Assembly: GCA_040256005.1 (NCBI GenBank)
Contig: JBDZWC010000014.1
Coordinates: forward strand, 1 to 36,105
Direction: 5' to 3'
Length of the DNA stretch: 36,105 nucleotides
From: Deinococcaceae bacterium
Lineage (GTDB): Bacteria; Deinococcota; Deinococci; Deinococcales; Trueperaceae
The position numbers and the translations under genes are program-made. Positions within the stretch are counted from its first letter, which is position 1, and every line of letters starts with the position of its first letter. Under the pieces are notes generated by a model, which had not been told where the DNA came from, searched no databases, and worked only from the letters and a program-made list of their open reading frames with translations. Positions 1 to 8,512 of the stretch are shown piece by piece.

Positions 1-1
1 C

Positions 2-970
2 CGTGGTGCCGTCCCGGCCAGAGGACTCGAGCGTCAGCTCGTGGCCCAGGCGTCGGCAGATCTCCGCCGCCAGGTGCAGTCCCATGCCGGTGGAGGCTCC
101 GTACCGGCGCCCGTTGGCGCCCGTGAAGTACCTGTCGAAGACGCGCGGCAGGTCCTCTGGCGGGATGCCCGGTCCCTCGTCCCGCACGACGACCCTGGCG
201 CCTGCGCCCCAGCGCTCGACCCTCACCTCGACCTGCCCTCCTGGCGGCGAGTACTTGACCGCGTTGGTGAACAGCTGCCTCAGCACCACCTGCAGCCACT
301 TCGGGTCGGTCACGGCCGCCACGCCCTGCTCGCCGGTCACCTTGGGGTAGACACCAGCGCGGATGAAGACGCCGCGCAGCTCGTTCAGGAGGGCCTTGAC
401 CGCCGTCCCTAGGTCGGTCTCCGCCGGCGCGTAGTCCAGTTCGAACCGCTCCAGGCGCGCGGTGGCGAGCATGAGGTCGAGCCCCGCGGCGAGCCTGGCC
501 GCCTCGTGTGCTACGTCGTCCCAGGCGCCTTCGTCCCTGCGCTCGGCGGCCAGCTGTATGACGTTGAGCGGCGTCTTCATCTGGTGCACCCACAGGTCCA
601 CGAACGTGCGGTGCTCCTCGGCGAGCCGCCGCAGGCTAGCGGCGCGCTCCGCGGCCTCCGCCTGGGAGCGTTCGAGGAGCCTCGCCATGGCGCGCTGCTC
701 GCGCGAGGCGGGGTGGGGGAGGCTCGCGGGCGTGGACACCTCGCCCGAGTCGAGGCGCCTGGCGAGCTCCCTACGGAAGGCGGACTTCCGCAGGGCGTCG
801 ACGCCCAGCAGGACGGCCAGCGTCACCATGGCCAGCAGCAGCACGTAGCCGGCGACGCCGAGGGTCAAGGGGGCGACGCCGACGTGCACGACCAGGAGCA
901 GGAAAGTCACGGCCAGGGCGAAGCCGAGGACGAGCGGCAGGTGATCGAGGAGGACGTCTAACGCCCTCAT
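2..970 (-). CDS. Intramembrane-sensing histidine kinase, BceS/GraS/YxdK-like (3' end truncated by the window edge)
   Basis: Not in the ORF track; translated by hand from ATG at 970, which overlaps the regulator stop (ATGA 970-967). MRALDVLLDHLPLVLGFALAVTFLLLVVHVGVAPLTLGVAGYVLLLAMVTLAVLLG gives two TM helices with a very short loop. H-box WVHQMKTPL, N-box QLFTNAVKYS, G1 DEGPGIP, F-box VFDRYFTG, G2 STGMGL. Confidence 0.93.
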   Translation of the reverse strand, partial: MRALDVLLDHLPLVLGFALAVTFLLLVVHVGVAPLTLGVAGYVLLLAMVTLAVLLGVDALRKSAFRRELARRLDSGEVSTPASLPHPASREQRAMARLLERSQAEAAERAASLRRLAEEHRTFVDLWVHQMKTPLNVIQLAAERRDEGAWDDVAHEAARLAAGLDLMLATARLERFELDYAPAETDLGTAVKALLNELRGVFIRAGVYPKVTGEQGVAAVTDPKWLQVVLRQLFTNAVKYSPPGGQVEVRVERWGAGARVVVRDEGPGIPPEDLPRVFDRYFTGANGRRYGASTGMGLHLAAEICRRLGHELTLESSGRDGTT

Positions 971-1683
971 CCGTCCCTGCCGTCACCGGCCGGACCTGGA
1001 GCCGCTACCGCGTAACCTTCGCCCCTTACCGTCCGGATGACGTCACCGGCGCCGAGGTCAGAAAGCTTGCGGCGCAACCGGTTGACGTTGACCGTGAGCG
1101 TGTTGTCGTCCACGAACTCCTCGTCGTCCCAGAGTGCCTGCAGCAGGGACTCCCGCCGGACCACCGCGCCACCGGCGCGCAGCAGCGCCTCGAGGAGCAA
1201 GCCCTCGTTGCGGGAGAGCTCGACACGCCGCCCGTCCAGCGTCGCTTGGAGCCGCTGCGGCGAGTACGACAGCCCAGCGTGCTCGACGGCGATGTCCGCA
1301 CCCGAGCGCGCGCTGTACTCGCCGTAGGCGCGCCTCAACGCCGCTCGCACCTTGGCGGTGACGAGCTCCAGGCTGAAGGGCTTGACGATGTAGTCGTCGG
1401 CGCCGTTCTCGAGCGCCAAGACCTGGTCCATGTCGCCGGACCGAGCGGTGATGAACACTATCGGTGCGTTCGAGACGGTGCGGAACTGCCGGCACCAGTA
1501 GAAGCCGTCGTACCAGGGGAGGTTCACGTCAAGCAGGACGAGGTCCGGTGCGACCTCGACGAACTCCGACTTGAGGTCACCGAAGCGCTGGGCGACAACT
1601 ACCTCGTGCCCGTAGCGGGTGAGGTGCGTCCTCAGCGCGGCCGCGAGCTTGGGCTCGTCCTCCACGACGAAGATCCGGCTCAT
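967..1683 (-). CDS. OmpR/PhoB-family response regulator, BceR/GraR-like
   Basis: Receiver domain (VVEDE, LLDVNLPWYDGFYWCRQFR, ITARS, GADDYIVKPFS) and winged helix (DDNTLTVNVNRLRRKL...IRTVRGEGY). DGFYWC and DDNTLTVNV are typical of BceR/GraR-type regulators. Confidence 0.95.
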   Translation of the reverse strand: MSRIFVVEDEPKLAAALRTHLTRYGHEVVVAQRFGDLKSEFVEVAPDLVLLDVNLPWYDGFYWCRQFRTVSNAPIVFITARSGDMDQVLALENGADDYIVKPFSLELVTAKVRAALRRAYGEYSARSGADIAVEHAGLSYSPQRLQATLDGRRVELSRNEGLLLEALLRAGGAVVRRESLLQALWDDEEFVDDNTLTVNVNRLRRKLSDLGAGDVIRTVRGEGYAVAAPGPAGDGRDG

Positions 1684-1731
1684 CCGGCGGTCAGACTAAC
1701 CCCCTGTCCGCACCGTTCCTACCGGCTGACG

Positions 1732-2958
1732 CTACCCCCCCACGGAGCCGGTCACGACGGCTACCTCACGCCCACCGCTCTTCGTCCGGAGCACGCCGTC
1801 GATGGTCGTGTCCGGGTGCCCGGTCACTCGTTCGGGGTCGTTGACGAGCAGTGCGAAGCGCCAGCGCGTGCTCCCCTCGCCCAACCTGCTGAGGAAACGA
1901 CGCGTGAGCGCGTCTGCTTGCTTGGTGTCGCCGAGCCGCACGCCGTACGGCAGGTTGCTGAGGATCACGCCGTTGGCCGCGCCCAGCGCGCCGAAGTCGA
2001 AGTCCAGGCTGTCGCCGACGTGTACGGTCGCGCCCGCGTGACCCGCGACGGCCAGGTTGGCGCTCGCCGCGGCGGCCACCGCGACGTCGCTGTCGATGCC
2101 CAGGAACCGCGTCCCTACCGGCCGAGGCGGCTCATCGGCGGCAAGGCGCCGTCGGACGTCGCGCCAGCGGCCGGGGCGGAACCAGCCGACGTGCTCGAAG
2201 GCGAACGTCCTGGCGCGCCCGGGCTGGAGCCCGGTCAGTAGGTCCGCGGCCTCGATCAGCAGTGCTCCGGAGCCACAGAAGGGGTCCACGACCACATCCG
2301 GCGCTGGGGCGCTGCTCAGCCCCAGCAGGGCGACGCCGGCCGCCAGGGTCTCGCGGGCGGGGGCGGCGCCCACGTGCGTCCGTATGCCTCGCCTGTGCAG
2401 GTGTTCGCCCGAGGTGTTCAAGCTGAGCGTGCAACGGTCGTGGTCCAGGCGCACGTGCACCTCCAGCGGCGACTCCGGGTCCGGCTGCGGTCTCAGCCCG
2501 AAGGAGCCCATGCGCCGCGCCACGGCCCCGGTGATGGCGCCCGCCAGCTCCGCTCCCGCCTGCAGCCGCGAGCGGCGCGAGGACATCCTCAGCGCGTAGC
2601 CGGGGGCGAACCCGATGTGCACCTCCCAAGGCAGCCGGCGTGCCTGGTCGTGGAGCATCGCGGCCGACGAGGCGGGGAACGAACCCAGCCTGAGGAGCAC
2701 CCGCGATGCCGTGCGTAGCGCCAGGTTCGCCGCCATGATCCCGTCTACGTCCAGCCTCAAGGCGACCCCGCCGCGTTCGACACGAGCGTCCCCATCGGGG
2801 GACGCGAGACCCAGCGCCGTGAGCTCCTCCAGCAGGACGTGCTCGAGCCCAGGCGCGACCTGGACGAAGCAGTCGAAGGGCGCGGACAGCAACCACCTCT
2901 TGACCCTTCTCTCCAGTGCCCTGGTGGTCAGGATCTCTGCGGGAGGCGGGTCCGTCAT
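1732..2958 (-). CDS. THUMP-domain class I SAM-dependent RNA methyltransferase (RlmL/YpsC-like)
   Basis: APGLEHVLLEEL, ANLALRTASRVL, NTSGEHLHRRG, RETLAAG, SAM motif DPFCGSGALLIEA, catalytic motif SNLPYG (NPPY variant). Confidence 0.88.
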   Translation of the reverse strand: MTDPPPAEILTTRALERRVKRWLLSAPFDCFVQVAPGLEHVLLEELTALGLASPDGDARVERGGVALRLDVDGIMAANLALRTASRVLLRLGSFPASSAAMLHDQARRLPWEVHIGFAPGYALRMSSRRSRLQAGAELAGAITGAVARRMGSFGLRPQPDPESPLEVHVRLDHDRCTLSLNTSGEHLHRRGIRTHVGAAPARETLAAGVALLGLSSAPAPDVVVDPFCGSGALLIEAADLLTGLQPGRARTFAFEHVGWFRPGRWRDVRRRLAADEPPRPVGTRFLGIDSDVAVAAAASANLAVAGHAGATVHVGDSLDFDFGALGAANGVILSNLPYGVRLGDTKQADALTRRFLSRLGEGSTRWRFALLVNDPERVTGHPDTTIDGVLRTKSGGREVAVVTGSVGG

Positions 2959-2985
2959 CGCGACAGGCTAGCGCGGGAGGGAGCC

Positions 2986-4953
2986 TCAGAAGGGAGTCGT
3001 CGCGGTGTCGATGCTGAGCAGGAACGCCGAGAGGGCCTCGGTCTCGGCTGCGTCAAGATCACGGCCGACGTGCTTGGCGTCGCCAAGGACGTCCGCCAGC
3101 GCGTGCGCGGACCCGTCGTGTAGGTAGGGTGCCGTCGCGTGCAGGCCCAGTAGCGTTGGCACGTCGAAGCCGTCCGCACCGAGGACGTCGGCTGTGGCGT
3201 CGTAGGTGCCTACGTCCCGCAGCGCCGAGGTCACTTGGACCCCGTCCGTGCCCAGGGAGCCTACCGGACCGGGCAACCGGCTGATGGTCCAGTTGGAGCC
3301 GCCGTGGCAAGCAGCGCATCCCAGGTCAGCGAACAGCACTCGGCCCGCAACGGCCAGGTCCTCGGCGACCGGCGGAGCCGCGGGCACCCGGATCCCGTGC
3401 AGCACGTACTCCGCCAGCGCGTCCAGGTCGGCGGACAGGCCGCCGTTGGGCTCTCCCAGCTCGACCCGGTACGCTCCGGGCGCCAGCCCGCTGCCAGCCA
3501 TGAGCTCCTCGATGTCGCGCTCGAAGTCCTGCACCTCGTCCCGAGTCGCCGAGGCGTGGAACGGGGCCGTGCCCGCGAGCTCCCACAGCGGCATCGTCTG
3601 GCGCGGACCGTCCGGGGTCTGCCACGTCGTGCCGTCGCTGCCGCCTCCCAGATGGCAGGTCGCGCAGGCGATCCAGCCGAGCCGAGACAGGCGGGCACTG
3701 GCGGCGTTGTGGAAGAGGACCTTGCCACGCAGCTCGGCGGGCTGCAGCGTCTCGCCTACGACCGGGACCCGCGCGAGCTCGCTCCGGCCTACGCGGTCGT
3801 TGAGGTCGAGCACGCTCACGTCGCGAGAGAGGTAGTTCATGACGTAGGCGCGCGAGCCGTCCGGGCTGAGGACGATGCCGCGCGGGTTCGAGCCCGTCGG
3901 CCAGAAGCCGATCAGTTCAGGCCCGCCGGGAGCGGAGAGGTCTATGCCCATGACGGCGTCGCTGCCGCCCAGCGTGACGTAGAGGCTGAGCCCGTCTGGA
4001 GAGACCGCGACGCCCGTCGGGTGGTTCACCGGCGTGGAGAACGACTCGTCATTGAGGTGGAGCCTGAGCCCGCCGCCTCCTGCCGGGTCATCAACCAACG
4101 GGACCGACGTGATCGCCGCCGACACCGTGGTCTCGAAGTCGCGAGGGAACTCGGGCGAGTTCAGCAGGTGGGCCACGTAGAGCCGGTCACCATAGACGGC
4201 CAGGCCGTCGAGCCCGTTCGCGTGGCCGAAGTCGTACGGGCCTATGGAGGCGGTCGTGGCGCTCGCCGGCAGGTCGTCATGCTTGGCGGCCGCCTCCGCC
4301 AGGTCGCTCAACGGCACCCGGGTGACCCAGCCCTCTTTGCCGTCGTCACGACCCTCCGCGCCACCGGGACGCAGGCGAGCGAGCCGGTGTGCGACCACCA
4401 CGGACTCGTCCAGATCGTCGGCGTCGCCGTCGTCGGTCACGGCGATCGCCCAGGGCCAGGGTCCCACGGACACGAGGCCGAGCACCTCGAGGCGCCCCAA
4501 GTCGATGACGGCTACCGCCTCGCTCGTCACGAGCGCCACGAAGGCGTAGCGGCCGGTGGGTGAGAGGGCGAGGCCCGCCGGCTCCGCCCCTAGCGCCAGG
4601 TCTGTGCGACGCCCGTCCGATAGGACCGAGAGGCTGCCGCTCGCCTTGTTGGCGACGAGGACGTCCCCTGTCGGGGTGATCGCGATGGACCAGGGCTCCG
4701 CGCCGACCGGCCGGGGCGCAGCTGCTCGCAACGTTCTCGTGTCGACGGCCGTAACGCTACCCGCGTCGGGGTTGACCACCCAAAGGGCGCTGCCGTCCGG
4801 CGAGAGGGCCAGGGGCCCGGACGCGCTGGGAAGTCCATCGGGAACGGATGGGCCAGGCGAAGTAGGGTCGCCACATGACCCCAACGCCGCAGCGACGAGG
4901 AGGGTGACGGCTAACCGCCACCCTCTCACCCGGGGCGCTTTGGAGGCGCCCAT
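2986..4953 (-). CDS. Lipoprotein: YVTN/YncE-type beta-propeller fused to a di-heme cytochrome c peroxidase/MauG-like domain
   Basis: Start taken at ATG 4953 (MGASKAPRVRGWRLAVTLLVAAALGSC, lipobox-like LGSC); the longer ORF overlaps the upstream gene. Propeller blades ALSPDGSALWVVN, ALSPTGRYAFVA, AVSPDGLSLYVT, VLSPDGSRAYVMN. Two CxxCH motifs: CATCH 3652-3666 and CAACH 3304-3318. CCP-like C-terminus FDVPTLLGLHATAPYLHDGS. Confidence 0.85.
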   Translation of the reverse strand: MGASKAPRVRGWRLAVTLLVAAALGSCGDPTSPGPSVPDGLPSASGPLALSPDGSALWVVNPDAGSVTAVDTRTLRAAAPRPVGAEPWSIAITPTGDVLVANKASGSLSVLSDGRRTDLALGAEPAGLALSPTGRYAFVALVTSEAVAVIDLGRLEVLGLVSVGPWPWAIAVTDDGDADDLDESVVVAHRLARLRPGGAEGRDDGKEGWVTRVPLSDLAEAAAKHDDLPASATTASIGPYDFGHANGLDGLAVYGDRLYVAHLLNSPEFPRDFETTVSAAITSVPLVDDPAGGGGLRLHLNDESFSTPVNHPTGVAVSPDGLSLYVTLGGSDAVMGIDLSAPGGPELIGFWPTGSNPRGIVLSPDGSRAYVMNYLSRDVSVLDLNDRVGRSELARVPVVGETLQPAELRGKVLFHNAASARLSRLGWIACATCHLGGGSDGTTWQTPDGPRQTMPLWELAGTAPFHASATRDEVQDFERDIEELMAGSGLAPGAYRVELGEPNGGLSADLDALAEYVLHGIRVPAAPPVAEDLAVAGRVLFADLGCAACHGGSNWTISRLPGPVGSLGTDGVQVTSALRDVGTYDATADVLGADGFDVPTLLGLHATAPYLHDGSAHALADVLGDAKHVGRDLDAAETEALSAFLLSIDTATTPF

Positions 4954-4985
4954 GCCGGGCGCTGCCGCCAGTGGGCGCCGGTCCC

Positions 4986-7900
4986 TCAAGGCTCCGCCAG
5001 CGGGTTGACCGACCTGAACACCCGCATGAAGTCGTCCGGGCCCGCCTCCACCAGCCGCGCGTTGTAGCTGGTGAACGTGAAGTGGGCGTCCCCGACGGCG
5101 ATGGGCCCGGAGCCCGTGTAGCAGCACGAGGTCGTGTGGGCGAAGCCCACCTCGGCCAACGCGAGGCGATCCGTGTCGACGTCGTAGACGACGATGCTGC
5201 CGTTGGGGCACAGGTCGAGGGAGCAACCGTCGGGTTCGGGTCCCGTCCTCTGCCCGTACGGGACCAGGTTCGCGGCGTAGGTTCGGAAGTAGACGAACCT
5301 GCCGTCCGCGCTGATCGCGGCGTCCCTAGAGCTGTTGCTCCCTTCCGCCCCAGTGCTCGGGTTCCGGCTCACGAGCCTGACCTCGCCGGTCTCGAGGTCC
5401 TTCAGGTAGACGTGGTCACGGAACTCTGTCGTGGCCTGGTCGACGAGGTTCGTGGCGTCGGAGGTGAACACGACGTAGCGACCGTCGGCGCTAAGCGCCT
5501 GCCCTGCGACGGAGGCGCTGCGGTCGGCCGGGACCCCCGCATCGTCCGTGTCCGCGCGCGTGAGCTCGAGCGTCTCCAGGTCCACGACCCAGATGCCCGG
5601 GTAAACCTGCGCGATGGCGTGGCTGCCCGAGGGCGTGATGCCGAAGGCCGTCGCCGTGTCGGAGAGCTCGGCAGCGCCGATCTTGACGGCGTCCCCCGTG
5701 TCGAGGTCGTGCACGTAGACGCCTCGGGCGGTCGGGTGGTTGACGTCCCAGGGGACGAAGTAGAGGAGCTTCCGGCCGTCCGCTGTGAGCGACACGGGCC
5801 CCAGTTCGAGGTTCGATTCGGCGCGCTCGACGGTCTCCAGGCTCCCCGTCACCATGTCGCGCACGTGGATCCGCCAACGGGCGCCGTCCTCGTTGAGCCG
5901 CGATTGATAGGCGACGTACCTGCCGTCTGGGGTGATGGATACGGGCAGGCCGTCGGCGTAGACGCCCGGGGCGCCCTCGCTGACGAGCCTGAGCTCGCCG
6001 GTCTCCATGTCCTTGAGATAGACGTCGCCCAGGCCGTTGGTGTCCTCAGGCACGAGGTCGACCTCGGGTCTCACGCCGCGACTGCCCACGGTGAAGGCCA
6101 CATACCGGCCGTCGGCGCTGATCGCGAAGCCATCATCGTGGACCTCCACCGGGAGCGGCGCGCCGTCCGCCGATGTACCGACGTGCTCTGGCGGTTCTCC
6201 CCAGTAGTCGTACGGCAGGTCGTCCACCACCAGTGTCTGCTGGGCCGTGCCGAAGTTGCCGTCGTCATCCACCACGGTGAGCCTGATGGTGTAGGTGCCG
6301 TTCCGACCGAAGCCCCGCCGAACCGTGGGGTCCGCCCCTGCGGAACCGCTGAAGCCGTCGAAGTACCAGATGTACTCCTCTATCTCGCCGTCGTCGCTGC
6401 TCGCGGTGGCGTCGAAGTCGTAGTAGACGCTGCCCTCGAAGCTGGGGTCGGGGACGGGCTCGATAGTGAGCGCAGCGGTGGGACTGCCCGGACCCGAGTC
6501 GGTGGACGTGAAGAGCAGCTGTACCGGGGTCGTCACGTCTGGGCCGGCAGAGATCCCGTTCACCACGGCAGTTCTTCCCGTGGCGGGATCTATCGCCTTG
6601 ACGGTGAACGGTTCGCCGACCGGGAGGAAGGGGACCTTGAAGAAACCCGTCGGGTCGGTGACGGACGTGAACGGCGCCAGCCGCGTATCGGAGCCTTGCC
6701 GGTACACGGCGACGACGGCGCCCGCCACCGGCCGGAAGCTGCCGCCACGCAAGCTTGTCGTCATGAGCTCGGTTTCATCCAGGGCCGCTGCGGCCGCTGC
6801 CAGGCTCGTCGGTCCCGCGCCCGAGGGCCCGCTGCCGTTCCCGGCCGCGCAGCTCCCCGGCGGCGCGGCACCCATACCGGTGGTGACAGGCTGACCCCAC
6901 ACGATGGCCGCGGCGGGTGTGCTACCACCCCCGGAGCAGGAGGCGCCGCCTGCCTGCTGCGGGGTCAAGCCGGCGGGCGCAGCCTGGGGCGCCGGCGCTG
7001 TGGCCGTGAACAGCAGCGTCGCCAGGTCGGCGGCGGGGCCGGCGATCTCCGGCAGCGAGGCAGCCACGGCGTCGAGGAACAGGGCGTGATGCGCCAACAA
7101 GCGACGCTGTGCGACTGTCAGGGCGCCGGCCTGCATGCCCTGGAGGGTCGACAGGTTGGACGATGAGACGAGACCGGAGTTGGACGCCATGGTGGCAGCC
7201 AGGTCGCTCGCGTGAGCGGAGAGGGCAGCCAGCCAACCGGAGCTGAGCGTGCCGAGGTCCGCCCGACCGGCGGTCACCACCGCGGCGGCTGCTGCGACCT
7301 GTTCGGTGAACTGGGTCCACGCTGCCGCGGCCCCGCTGCCGGCGGCGGACACGCTGAGGTCCAGCGGTTCCGTGCGGTAGCCGGTCGTCAGGTTGTGCAC
7401 GCGCACGTCCAGGTTCCCGGCCAGGCTCGGTACCGCCAGCCACACGTCTAGGAGCGGGTCGAAGCCGGACGAGCCGCTCGACTCCACGTAGACGAGCGTC
7501 TCGGCCGTCGGGGACGTCGCCGGACCGTAACGGGCGACGTTGGAGAGGGGGGCCGCGAGGTTGAACCCGCGCCCGTTCAACCGCACGATCTCTCCGGGCT
7601 TGGCGGTAGCCGCCTGCTGGACCGACATCGAGCCTGCCGCGCCGAACCCGTAGGCACGCGCCGTCGGAACGGGACGGGTTATCACCGAGCCCGTGGCGGT
7701 CGCCAGGGCGGCGGTCGCGAGGGTGAGCTCGCCCACACCGTCGCCGTCGGCGTCCGGTGCCAAGGCGAACATCACCACGTCCTGCCCTGGTTGGACCGCG
7801 TTCGCCCACCCTGCCAGGTCGACGCTGACAGGCAGGCCGACCTCGGCTCCGCCCGTGTCGACGGTCAGGGCGCCGAGGAACGTCACGCCCAGGGCCGAGT

Positions 7901-8438
7901 AGTCCACGCCGAACTCGTCCTTGATATCGGCCTGGCTCGTGTCGCTGACGGCCACGACGGTCGACGTCCCCAGGCTGCCTGGGGGCAGCGTGGCCACGGA
8001 CCCACCGCCGGTCATGACCGCTCCGCCTGCCGCGTTCACGACGGCCTGGTCGGCAAGGTCGTTGTTCACGGTGACCTGTAGCCGGTCCTCGACCCTGACA
8101 CCGGAGACGATGCCGCTCACGGTGAGCGTGTGGGGCCCGTCGTCCAGTGCCCGCGTGTCCACGTAAGCCGTGCCGTCCTGGTCGGCCGCGACGGTCACGC
8201 CTCCGATCCTGAACGAGACGTCGGACGCCTCTCTCACGGTGCCGGAGGCGGCGAGGGGGACGGTGCCGGCCAAGACCTGCCCCGAGGCAGGGAACGTGAT
8301 CTCGATCGCGTCGCTGCCAGCGGGTGGTGGCTGGCCCTGCTGTCCGCCGCAGGCGGCGAGCGCAGCGGCCAGGAGTACCGTAGTCGCCCAACGCGCGGCC
8401 CGGGCCGCGCGAGCTCTCAAGGTTCGATCGTTCGTCAC
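4986..8438 (-). CDS. Large multidomain lipoprotein (1150 aa): Ig-like/ZU5-like N-terminus, helical linker, carboxypeptidase-regulatory-like beta-sandwich, PKD domain, TolB/PD40-type beta-propeller
   Basis: Lipobox LAAC after a basic N-region. PVAGAVVAVY...TDPTGFF (CarboxypepD_reg-like). FDATASSDDGEIEEYIWYFDG...GTYTIRLTVVDDDG (PKD). Repeats ISADGRYVAF, ITPDGRYVAY, LTADGRKLLY, LSADGRYVVFTS, ISADGRFVYF with DTNGLGDVYLKD (PD40/TolB-like). Confidence 0.85.
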   Translation of the reverse strand: MTNDRTLRARAARAARWATTVLLAAALAACGGQQGQPPPAGSDAIEITFPASGQVLAGTVPLAASGTVREASDVSFRIGGVTVAADQDGTAYVDTRALDDGPHTLTVSGIVSGVRVEDRLQVTVNNDLADQAVVNAAGGAVMTGGGSVATLPPGSLGTSTVVAVSDTSQADIKDEFGVDYSALGVTFLGALTVDTGGAEVGLPVSVDLAGWANAVQPGQDVVMFALAPDADGDGVGELTLATAALATATGSVITRPVPTARAYGFGAAGSMSVQQAATAKPGEIVRLNGRGFNLAAPLSNVARYGPATSPTAETLVYVESSGSSGFDPLLDVWLAVPSLAGNLDVRVHNLTTGYRTEPLDLSVSAAGSGAAAAWTQFTEQVAAAAAVVTAGRADLGTLSSGWLAALSAHASDLAATMASNSGLVSSSNLSTLQGMQAGALTVAQRRLLAHHALFLDAVAASLPEIAGPAADLATLLFTATAPAPQAAPAGLTPQQAGGASCSGGGSTPAAAIVWGQPVTTGMGAAPPGSCAAGNGSGPSGAGPTSLAAAAAALDETELMTTSLRGGSFRPVAGAVVAVYRQGSDTRLAPFTSVTDPTGFFKVPFLPVGEPFTVKAIDPATGRTAVVNGISAGPDVTTPVQLLFTSTDSGPGSPTAALTIEPVPDPSFEGSVYYDFDATASSDDGEIEEYIWYFDGFSGSAGADPTVRRGFGRNGTYTIRLTVVDDDGNFGTAQQTLVVDDLPYDYWGEPPEHVGTSADGAPLPVEVHDDGFAISADGRYVAFTVGSRGVRPEVDLVPEDTNGLGDVYLKDMETGELRLVSEGAPGVYADGLPVSITPDGRYVAYQSRLNEDGARWRIHVRDMVTGSLETVERAESNLELGPVSLTADGRKLLYFVPWDVNHPTARGVYVHDLDTGDAVKIGAAELSDTATAFGITPSGSHAIAQVYPGIWVVDLETLELTRADTDDAGVPADRSASVAGQALSADGRYVVFTSDATNLVDQATTEFRDHVYLKDLETGEVRLVSRNPSTGAEGSNSSRDAAISADGRFVYFRTYAANLVPYGQRTGPEPDGCSLDLCPNGSIVVYDVDTDRLALAEVGFAHTTSCCYTGSGPIAVGDAHFTFTSYNARLVEAGPDDFMRVFRSVNPLAEP

Positions 8439-8473
8439 CTTCGAATCAACTCCCTCTTCGGTCGGTCGTCGTC

Positions 8474-8507
8474 ACGTTCTCCCGGCCGGCGTTACGCCTG
8501 CGTTACG
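8474..8507 (-). promoter_or_regulatory. Direct-repeat activator site (CGTAACGC-AGG-CGTAACGC, 11-bp period), 9-nt spacer, weak -10 (GAACGT) upstream of the 1150-aa lipoprotein gene
   Basis: On the + strand GCGTTACG lies at 8489-8496 and 8500-8507; on the minus strand GAACGT lies at 8479-8474. The same architecture recurs at 10718-10751. Confidence 0.65.
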
Positions 8508-8512
8508 ACGGG

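Noticed and set aside
1944..1961. NLPY instead of NPPY in the THUMP methyltransferase as a sign of inactivation
   Set aside because: A conservative variant with an intact SAM motif and reading frame; no evidence for a pseudogene.
4750..4757. Single CGTAACGC copies inside coding regions (4750-4757 and 28534-28541)
   Set aside because: Not tandem, not followed by the -10 at 9 nt, and intragenic; expected by chance.
4954..5226. 91-aa N-terminal extension of the di-heme protein in the ORF track (RRxRRR could suggest a Tat signal)
   Set aside because: It overlaps the 3' end of the 1150-aa gene, and a normal lipoprotein signal begins at ATG 4953.
4971..7166. 731-aa plus-strand ORF, and other long antisense or alternate-frame ORFs (3235-4563, 6922-8391, 12894-14222, 22157-23305, 28618-29814, 30019-31254, 30069-31445)
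   Set aside because: Shadow ORFs typical of high-GC DNA: Arg/Gly/Ala/Pro-rich, without motifs, and overlapping well-supported genes.
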